Both the position numbers and the translations under genes were made by a program. The notes beneath the pieces were generated by a model. The model worked only from the letters and a program-made list of their open reading frames with translations. It did not search any database and was not told the origin of the DNA. 64,000 bases of DNA. It comes from Camelus dromedarius (lineage: Eukaryota). The stretch lies in contig NC_087436.1 of the NCBI RefSeq assembly GCF_036321535.1, forward strand, positions 62,002,001 through 62,066,000. Direction: 5' to 3'. Below, piece after piece: positions 54,139-64,000 of this stretch (its first letter is position 1; each line of letters starts with the position of its first letter).

Positions 54139-55685
54139 GTCTAGGGCTACCGAGTGGTCTTCACAGGGAATATAAAATTAGATGGGGCTGGGGACTCCTA
54201 GCCTTCATCCTGGGGCAGAAGCAAAGACAATTTTATTCCAGGAGCACAAGCATTTAATTTCATAATCTTACACAAGCTTTACACATCTTTCTATCCACAA
54301 AGATATATGGATCAAAGTTATGACTCACAAGGGAACAGTGGTATGTTTATATTGATGCTTTACAATTTCTATGGGGAATTTTGTTTCAAGTTTTAATTAA
54401 ATGTTCTCAGCTTTTACTGTAGGCCTTGAAGAGTTGGACTTCAAAATTATAATTCATTATCAGCTAGACTGGGAACCTTGCAATATTTTCTAGGCTTATT
54501 CTTATATTGTCTCTTTTTTTTTTAGTACTTATTCTCTAGTATTTATCTATCACTTTGAAAAACTTTAAGAATATAACAGAGATTAGGTAAGTTTTGGTTT
54601 TAATTTGTTTCAGATCTATGGCAACAATTTCATAAGGTTCTTAATAAAGAAGAAGTGAATATTTTTAAAACCCGGAGAAGAAAGAATTTCAATATGCTTA
54701 TAACTTTGCTATTCCTTAATTTTCTACTACACTAGTTCCTGGAAGCCGTCTGTAAGGTATGCCAAGCATTGCAAAACTCAACAGGACTCTGGGGGTTGCC
54801 TGCATGCCATTTGTTCCCATTATAATGAAATCTTAAATCCCAGATCCCTATACTTTGTGGCTATTAACATTCTATTGAACTTTATAAAAGAACTAAGCTA
54901 TATAAATCCTATACCTTAGTGAAGTTGCATTGAAATAATAATATTATGCTTTCCAAGAAAAGGATACCTGCTTCCTAATCCATTCAAAGTATTGCAATAT
55001 CCAGCATTAGATCTGCAAGAAAGATGTGTCAAAGGCTGCTCTCAGAGTTCACAGCCCCCACAGTACCAGCTGGAGAGAGGTGAGGAATGGTAGTCTCATG
55101 ATCTTTTAGTGCTGATGGAGCAATCTGGAACACTGTGCTTTGTGTGTGCTGGTTGCTCAATATTTATAGAATTTAATTTCACTAGGAAACATGTATTTCA
55201 GAGACACATCTTTTCATAGTTTAGAAGGGATATGCTGCATCCCGTCTAAGTTTTAAAGTCGGGCACACAGGAGTCTTTGACTCCCAAACCTGTGTGTTTA
55301 ACCCGAGTTACAGAAACACAAGCTCACAGTTTAGTTTCAAAGATGTAAGGGCTTGAAAAAGAAGAGTATGAGAAATAATATTCCCCTTTTTTTTGGTAAG
55401 ATTGAGACATTGAAAATGTACAGTCTTTTGAACTGAATAATTGATACATAAATATTATTTGAGAAAATTTATAAATTAAAATCTGGTGAGAAATAAAACT
55501 TTGTTTAAATCGTTATTTCCTAAATCAAAATGAGCAGGCATCATTGCATAAGAACATTTTTTCTTCAGTTCTTAAAACAAACTTTCAATTAAACAACCAG
55601 TTTGTATTTTATAGCTCTAGCTCTTAATACTACACAATTATTTCACTTGACTCCTTTGTTTATTAAGCGTTTTCAGATTACTCAT

Positions 55686-56123
55686 TGTATGGATTCAGTC
55701 AGCCCTTGGCCCATATCCTTAAGGCACCTTTACATTTCCATTTGCAGCTGGACTTTGCTTTGTGGAAGAGCTGCCCGCAGGCTGCTGGGCCCTCTTCGCC
55801 CACAAGCCCAGTGGATTGGGAATGCCTGAGAGATAACAGGCCCCAACTGAAGCCCACCCCATAACCAACTGTAAAAAATTAATAAACAGAAATCTCAATA
55901 ATATAGAATTGAGAGACCAGAAGGGGGAGTTCTCATGCTCTGAGACAAAAGCAGAGCCCACCAGGACGAGACTCCTCTTCTTTCTCGGCAAAGACTCAGT
56001 AAAAGCCTTGGACTCTTCGTTTCCTCTGGTTGCAGACTCAAATTTGCAGTTCTCTAGTGAGCCCCAGTAAACCCATCTTTGCTGGATAAATGTCCAGCGG
56101 TCCCTTTGTTTCAGGTCAATACA
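55686..56123 (+). mobile_element. ERV1-like LTR (MER34-like)
   Basis: tgt start; cccataaccaactgtaaaaa; agtaaacccatctttgctgg; tttgtttcaggtcaa end; no clear TSD. Confidence 0.6.
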
Positions 56124-59070
56124 GTAACAGAAGGGTGGAGGTGAGTGAATAATACTCCAGGTCCCTCACTTTTGGCCACGCTGCTTCTGAAACATGTTTC
56201 ACACGGTTTTCTGGGGTGTCCCTGCGGAGCTGAGCTGGTGATCACAGAAGCACATTTAACAGTACACCACCTGTTGCCTGCATTCCTCTCACTGCGTCAC
56301 CTTCCCAGGGCTCTGTCAGCATTCTCAAATAAAGAACAACACCCAGCCCTTGTCTAAGAATTTTCTTCCACCAAGCAAGCAGTTTGCTTCAGACTAAGGC
56401 ATTTCTCATGTGCAGAAGCACTGTACTGGTAGTATATTTCTATGAGATAAACATAGTTCTTGACCACAAAGGTAAAAAAAAAAAAGCGAAATCAACTTCA
56501 TTTCTAATCACTTTTACCTTCTTATATGTTTATATGAGACCATATTAGATAAAAGCAATGCGTGAATAATTGGCATGCATACAACATATTAGCATATACA
56601 CATATATAGCACACATACAGTCATGACATAACCTTGGTAATTCACAGCAATTTTAGCTTCATGAAAAACTGGATACAAAATTTAGTTCTCTAAGAACAAT
56701 TTTTCTAGTGCGATAAAGTGTTAATATAGATTTCTTTAATATAGATAATACACAAGATGCAAATTATAAAAATTTCTCAAGAATTGTATAACTTCAGAGT
56801 TGTCAGGAAAAAAGCATTTTGTTTTAGCTATGGCCAAATGGGAGATCTACTTAAGCTGGGAAACCAATATGTACAACAACATCAATGTCTTGACTACAGT
56901 TTTGTTGTTTAAATGCGCTGGATTTTTCTGTGAGTGATTTCGGGTGCCTGCTGTGCTGTTATTTTACTCTTACCCGTTTTTTCCAATTTGAAATATTTTC
57001 ACTTCCAGTATCAGTGTCATCCAAGCTTGCTTTATTTAGTATTGCTAATGTCACTAATAAAAATCATTTCTAAAATCATGAATTCTGAATCGAAATTAGA
57101 AACAATACCAAAAAAAAAAAAAAAAAGAAGAAGAAGAGACAAGTAAATAAAACGGGACAAACTCTGCTGATAATTTAGGATTTTATACCCCTCGATGCAG
57201 AGGTAATGCAGCAATTGTTTTAAAGGGCACTAAAGCAGAAATGCTCATAATTTAAAAACCAACATGTAAGCAGGCAAGGATGATGAAAAAGTGCTGGCGA
57301 GGTGGATCAAGAGCCACACAAAGAGTGTGTAGGTTCGTGTGCTCTGGCAGTGCCTCTCATGTACTTTATTCCTCTGGGGAAAAGTAAGTTTTGAATAATA
57401 CAAATTTTGAATTACAAGAATTCTTCAAGAATAGATCTCTAGCACAAAATGCAAGTATTCTCTCTTCAAGGTTGTCAAGGTGCTAATTTTACATCATCTT
57501 TGATGAAGTGATATTGAAATCTACCTAAAGTAAGGATTTTTTTTTAAAAAAAGATTGATTTGTAAAAACCAACTAGAAATTAATTTTTTCCAGTAGTCTG
57601 CTTTGGTTTTATAAAACACAGTCGGCTTAGTTAGTACTGAAATCCTCAACAAATATTTATTACATCCTTCTGGTTGAATATTTTGAGTGGTTATACAGAT
57701 TCAAATGGCATACAAATAACTTACATAAATGAAGTGAAAACATAACTGATGGCTATTTCATACTATTTCCTAAATCAAATACAGTATTTCTAATAGGGCC
57801 AATTTCAATGTCAGGTTTTGTTTGTTTGAGGCTTTGTGTTGTTTGTATCAAAAACGTTGCAGGTAGTCAAACTTCCCTAAAGACGAATCCTTCCTTACAG
57901 GGGTTCTATGGCATGATTAGAAATATGGAGACTGTTATGTACCACTTTGCCTCGATATAAAATGTGCCAAAAGCACTTAGATATTATAATTATTCCAACA
58001 TTATGAAGTGTTTATTTTTATTATTAGTGCCTCAGTTTTCCATTTTTTGGTGTTTTTTCCCTCTTATCACCTATCTGGTCTATTCTTTTTACCATATTTA
58101 GTTAATATACACTATTGTATAGTTTTTTTTTTAATTCCGAGAGAGAATTCTTTTTAAAAAATGAATTTCTCAATTAACTTGATGAAGTAAAGTTTTCCCC
58201 TAATCTTAATAATTTAAGCCTTGTGCTATAGCACATAATATTTGCTCTTTGATTATAGTTTTGAAAGTTATAAATAGAATTGAACAAAATCAAGTAACTG
58301 GAAATATATAGCTTTTCTTTCTGCATTAACTTCTCCCACTCTTTCTATGCCCTTCCTCGCTCCCACCCTCCTCCTGCATATTCCTCTTTCTGTTAAAACA
58401 TTTAAAAATCTTTAATACAGATAAATGCTGTCGCTTTAGAGGAACACTTTGTACTGAATTGTGCTCAATTTTAGTAGTGTTTTTCAACTCAAGAAATAAA
58501 CCAGCATTTATGTTTAGTGAAACAACCATCAGTTTATAAAAACATCAGATCATGTCTGTGAAGCATTAGAAAAAATGCTAAACATTTTTAAAAGTTTTTG
58601 CCTCTGAGTCGAGCCACAGCACCATCTCAGCTGTTCCATTACCCTCCATAGAAATTGCTTGAGGGGCTTTGGGAAAGCAGAACACTTTTTACCTCTGACT
58701 TTTGCCAACTGCCCTGAAGGAAGGTTCAACCAGGAAGGAGAGTATTGATCTTGATTTCATCTGGGAGCTATATTTGGTCTGCCCTGGGCTGTACATCTAA
58801 ACCACTGAGTGATAATTTCTACCACATCTTAACTGAACCTAGGGGCCCAGCTAAGGAGGTGGCACACTCAAAGTTTCTGAGCCCTGTTTTAACCCAGAGT
58901 GTGCAAAAGAAGACTGGTGTCAGCAACCTGTCAGAGACATTCTTGAATATCATGTCCTGTATCCATACCACCACACATTTACAAGATAACAAGGGACACA
59001 CTGAGACCATGGAGACAACTGACACTTCCTCTGTATTGTGAGCAAAAGTACGTGCACTGGTTATTTTCAG

Positions 59071-59482
59071 GTGTTACCTTGGCTAGGCGACCTCACCTGG
59101 TATTCAAACAAACACCAGTCTAGGTGGTGTGGTGGAGACATTTTGTAGATGTGGTTAACATCTACCACCAGCTGACTTTAAGATAAAGAAATTACCTTGA
59201 TAATGTAGGTGGGCTTCATCTAACCAGCTGAAAGGCCTGACGTGCAAAAATTGAGTATTTCTTTTCTTTTCTTTCTTTTTTTAGGGAAGGAAAAATCCTT
59301 TCTCACATTTGCAGAATCAGCTCCTGCCTGGAAGTTGTCCATTGCCAGTCTCCACAATCACAAAATCCAATTCTTTGAAACAAGTCTATTTTATAGATAG
59401 AAACATAGAGACAGAGACACAGACACAGACGTAGAATGTAGATGTCACTGGTTCTGTTTCTCTGGGGAACCTTAACTAACAC
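59071..59482 (+). mobile_element. ERVL LTR (MLT2-like)
   Basis: caccagtctaggtggtgtggtggagacattttgtagatgtggttaacatctac..gtgggcttcatctaaccagctgaaagg..ggttctgtttctctggggaaccttaactaaca. Confidence 0.85.
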
Positions 59483-60089
59483 ATTATCATTTACACAGTG
59501 CTCAGTAATAACATTCTATGCTAGCAAAACTACCTTTTTAACTTTTCCAATAGCAGGGCATCGTCTAGGTTGTTTATGTAGAATGTAATCTTATTAAAAG
59601 ACTGTAGTCACAAAATAGGCCCGACACCTGTCTTAATTTTTTTCCCATAATACTAAGATTGCATGATATGATTTTGACTACAGAATATAATGACTTACAT
59701 CATAACAATATGACTCGAGTCTGTTTTCACTTATTTTTGGTCTATCATACTTCTCTTTTATCCCATAACTCTAATTTTTCTATGCTTTAAATTTTGCTTT
59801 AGCTCCTCTGATAGTTCTACTAGTTATATTTGTGCTACAGTTATTAAAATCGTTCCTTTAGCTTGAAAAGGAAAAAAAAAAGGAATTGGTTTTATCTTAT
59901 CTGTCAAATGTAATAATTTTATAGTGCTATCTGGAAGGTTAAGACTAAAGTTTCTTAGTCTGTGTTCCTGATCAGTAAGAATAATTGATGTCTTTGATTT
60001 TTGCCTTGTGTGTGGAAGAAAAAGGGTGGGAGAAAATATGGTACTTTGGGGAAACTTTTATCTATGTGGTGATGCTGGAAAAATCCTTA

Positions 60090-60460
60090 CCAACAGCCTT
60101 GACCTCTCTTCTGAGCTCTAAACATAGACCCAATTATTTCTAGATTTTTCTTTTTAATGGCACTGCCGTTCATCTTATCATCTAAACCAGAAAAGATACT
60201 CATCTACTCATCTTAAGCTCCTCTTTTCTCCATGTCCTTCATTCTAGCTGACACTGAACCTTGACAGTTCTGCTTCCTAAAATATTTATCTGTCCACCCC
60301 TCACACGCAGCCTATCACAGCCCTTAGTTAAAGGTTACATTTTGACTCTTCCACGAAACAACAGCTCTCTTAAGGACAGACATTCACCTTTCTCCACACC
60401 TAGTGGCTAAAACTGTGCATGACACTGAGCAAGTGATCAACAAATATTTGTTAAATGTAT
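60090..60460 (+). mobile_element. L2 relic
   Basis: tgacctctcttctgagctcta; tctaaaccagaaa; gcaagtgatcaacaaatatttgttaaatg. Confidence 0.6.
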
Positions 60461-60744
60461 GGATATCCCCTATGAAGACTTTCCCATTTCCACCAAGATT
60501 AGGTTTAACTTACTTCCCACCTCTCTGTGTTTTCACTTCCTCTGAAATGCTTCCTACGAGGGAAAGGACTGTAGAACTTGTTTGCACTTACTTGTTTGTA
60601 TGACTGTCTCACACTAGTGCATGATAATTATTGATAGAAACCACATCCGAAACCATTCCTGTACCACTTGTACTCAGCACAGTTCTTGATTTTTATTCTC
60701 ACAACAAAAGCCCAGTTATAGGAAAAGAGAACTAGAATTCTTTC

Positions 60745-61040
60745 TTTTTAAGCACCTTTATTGTGGTATGATTCCTGTACAGTAAACTACAGGTATCTCA
60801 GGTTACAATTTGATGAATTTTGGTAGATGTATACACCTATGACACCACGACCGCAGTCAAGGTAGGTAACATTTCCATCACTCCCCCAGAGGTGCGCATT
60901 TTGAACTTCCGATTTATCCCTTTCAACCCCCTTTTACCCCCTGGTAACCATAAATTTCTTCTCTATGTTTTTGAGTCTGTTTCTGTTCTGTAGATAAATT
61001 CCTTTGTGTCCCTTTTTTTTTTTTTAGATTCCACAAATGG
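60745..61040 (-). mobile_element. Two adjacent L1 3'-end fragments (older L1M-type, then younger lineage-type)
   Basis: ttacaatttgatgaattttggtagatgtatacacctatgacaccac; then tttatccctttc..ctggtaaccataaattt..tttagattccaca. Confidence 0.75.
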
Positions 61041-62489
61041 CATTTTTCTTTGAATTCTTGAGGAAAGAAGGAATCAGAAATGGTGCTTATGGTCTAGGTG
61101 CCAGATGCATTTTCAGGCACAGAGAATGCACACAGTGTTTTTAATATTAACTTTTATTAATTTTACTCAGAATATATACATGAGTGTTCTGGATCAGAGA
61201 GATTAGTTGTTATTATTTAAATGATAGTCATAGCACTGGCCCTCTTTGGCCCAGTTTTACCCCTGAGATGACACAATGAAAACCAGATAGAAAAAATCTC
61301 CTACATGTGTGGCCAAACACTCCATAGGTGAGGGACAAAGAAAACAAAGAACAATGGATTTTCTCTGCTTATATACGGGAGAAGAAGGCAGTTGCCTTGA
61401 TCTTCTCTGCCGGGAGGAGGCACAGAAACCTTGGCAATGGGAAAAAAGAATTCTGGGTTCTCATTATAACCATATGGAAAGAATTCTGGGTTCTCACTCT
61501 AGGAGCCAGATATACCCAGTGTTTCTGGATTTCACTACCTAAGGATGCCTTCAAGTTCCTGCGTATGACTTTCCCTTGAAACATACATGCCTGTCTCAAG
61601 CGTTAGGTCAGTGCTCTTGAGTGCTCTCATTATCTATGTAGGTGACTGTTAACCTCCCAGTACTTGTTCTAAGACCAGGTCTCAGGTCTTAGCAAAATTT
61701 ATTCAGAATGCTTCAACTCTGGAGAAACACAAAATTATTTTCTCTACATTGCTAGAATATGGGTGCAATCTTTCACCTCAGTGAAGTCTGTCTTGAGGAA
61801 CCATAGCTGAACATGGGAATGTGAACTAAGACAACCAAAGTTTAGGAGCTTTAAGGCCCATGCAGGGAATGAGACCAAAATAGATGTGTCTGCAGAGTGG
61901 AGAGGCGTCTGTGTGACTTCACAAGTGTAAGCTTAAATAATGATGCCATGGCAATGAGAAGCAACCACATGATTGGAATGAAGTGAAAATCATTTTAGTA
62001 TCAGAATATTATGAAGTTTATACCCCACACACATGCCTGAAATATTAGGTCTAACAGATGAAAAAGCTTAAATAAAAATGTTAGTAAATCAAGCTGAGTG
62101 CTACATTAAAATAATGATACATGATTACTTAGAATGTTTTTTTCAGCAATGAATACGAGACAGTTTAAAGTATTAAATCTATACAATTAAGCACAACAAA
62201 AATTTAAAGTTGAAAGAAAACAACTTCCATTACCACCATGTTTAACAAAGTAATGAAAAGCTAAATACATGATTAGTACCAAGTTAGAAAGGCAGATCTA
62301 TGGGATCAGTTAGAAAATTCAGAAATAAATACGTGTGTGTACGTTTATATGCCTTTAGTAGAGATATACAGTTAGTTTCTACTTAACAAGGAAAAGATGG
62401 GTCAGTTAATAAGTAATGCAGGCTAACTATTTCTTTGAGGGAAATTAGGTGAAAGTATAGTATCATTGCAGATCTTTTTTTAATGAATT

Positions 62490-62720
62490 TTTTTTTTTTT
62501 ACTTTTCAGTGCTTACAGATCCACAAACAGTTGTAAGAAGTAACATGAAGAGATCTCTGTACCCTTTAACTCAATCCCCCCGAAGCAATACCTTGTGAAG
62601 CTATTGCACAAAATCACAACCAGAATATTGACATTGATACAATCAAGACACAGAATATTTCCATCACCACAGGGTACCTCATATTGACATTTTATCACAA
62701 CACACCTTACCTCTCAAACT
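62490..62720 (-). mobile_element. L1MB/MC-like 3' end
   Basis: cagatccacaaacagttgtaagaagtaacatgaagagatctctgtacccttta..acaaccagaatattgacattgatacaatcaag. Confidence 0.8.
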
Positions 62721-62984
62721 GACCACTCTATTACTTGAGTGTTTAGATTTTGTTTGTATTTATTCACAGTGGAAAAAAACTAAAATTATTTGTGGGCTGA
62801 GCCTGCATGTAAATGACATACTGTAGTAGATGAGGCAAAAAGATAACTTCTAGAAAAATTAGAGTTCAAAAAATCTTACAAATCAGATTTTTGAAAAAAA
62901 GATAGAGATGCTACAGGCTATATCCACATAGATTTATACATGCATACATACTACTTACACACACAGAGACATGTATGTGTGTAT

Positions 62985-63003
62985 ACACACACACACACAC
63001 ACA
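62985..63003 (+). repeat. (CA)n microsatellite
   Basis: About 9 perfect AC units in an RY-rich tract. Confidence 0.85.
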
Positions 63004-64000
63004 AATAGATCTCCCCATGGCTTCATTAAGATATTATCTCAAAGAATCGCTTGGGAAGATGCGCAAGGAATTAAGTAGACATAGATGAACAGCACTGTGT
63101 TTGTGTTGCTCTGATGTAGGAATTTTATTGCAGTTAAAGTTTTAGAGCACAGAAGCCTTAGACTTACAATTGCTTTGTCGATCCCCAGGTTTTAACTTGG
63201 TTAACAACAATACCCTGATAATTTAGGGAAATGAATTGTAGTCTTTGGGGACAAGGGCAGGGTTTACAGAAGTAGATAAAATAAATCTTAAAGTTACCAT
63301 TAAAAAATGTGAGATAATATTCTCCTCTGCTTTCACAATATCACTCTTTTTCTGTTTCCATTATTCATATTGTTTTGCTTTCTTCTTTCAGTTTCTCTTT
63401 GAAAATCCAGGCTGCAAAGAAGTTATTTGTAAATCATCTCATTTATTTTTAGAAAATGGGATACACATTAACTTATGAGTTACAATTAAGGTATTTTAGC
63501 AATAAATCCAACTATAAAATAACTTCACTTTCATCATTCACTGATACTATTCATATTTATGTATATATTGTATACTGTTTACTTCCTTGAGTCTCACTTC
63601 AGATGTAGACATTAAGTTATGTCAGTAATCATGAAAGCTAGTATTGTAATAACAAAAGCACACACATACACACAGCTGCCCAAACACCTAACCGGACAGT
63701 AGGGCTGACATCCTGAACACAAAGGCAAGAGCTCAAAGCTGTTTTTCAGTTTTAGTCAATGTGCACGATATCCTCAAAACAAAAAACAAAAAACAAAACA
63801 AGTTGCTGAATCCACAACCTGTTTTTCAAAGGTTGGCTTAAAAGTAACTTATTCTGTTGTTATTCTCTTGTAAGTGGGACATTACATGAGGTCATGGAAA
63901 GATATCCCCATCATAGCCTCCAGAGCATAAATGCAATGAAAATTTATTCAACTTTTCTCAGAGCCGCCCTTGATTCCTATCATGTAACATCAAGGCACAA

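Noticed and set aside
1..64000. Short ORFs (60-120 aa) in the ORF track as genes
   Set aside because: They are low-complexity, many use non-ATG starts, and most lie inside repeats. Only those at 8.3-9.4 kb (pseudogenes) and the L1 ORF2 remnants resemble known proteins.

Overview
AT-rich, CpG-depleted mammalian DNA, most likely camelid (alpaca/llama/camel): it carries a tRNA-derived SINE with the layout I recognise as the camelid Vic-1 type. I find no intact protein-coding gene, functional RNA gene, CpG island or CRISPR-like system. The window looks like a gene desert or the inside of a large intron, tiled with old and young L1 pieces, L2/MIR relics, MLT1/MLT2 LTRs, DNA-transposon MITEs and six ERV1-like solo LTRs. 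The ORF track is almost all noise. The most notable structure is at 8.3-9.45 kb, where a 5'-truncated RPL9 processed pseudogene is joined through its own A-tail directly to an intronless RXRG ligand-binding-domain retrocopy, which then runs into an L1. This is either a chimeric or a nested retrocopy. Smaller mechanistic oddities are an 87-bp internal L1 endonuclease fragment between perfect 15-bp direct repeats, a fold-back palindrome at the 5' junction of an L1, one shared orientation for all ERV1-like LTRs, and two minus-strand exon-like segments. Repeat families and homologies were assigned by eye from remembered consensus sequences, with no database search. Boundaries of old repeats are approximate. 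I do not see convincing evidence of a new biological system.
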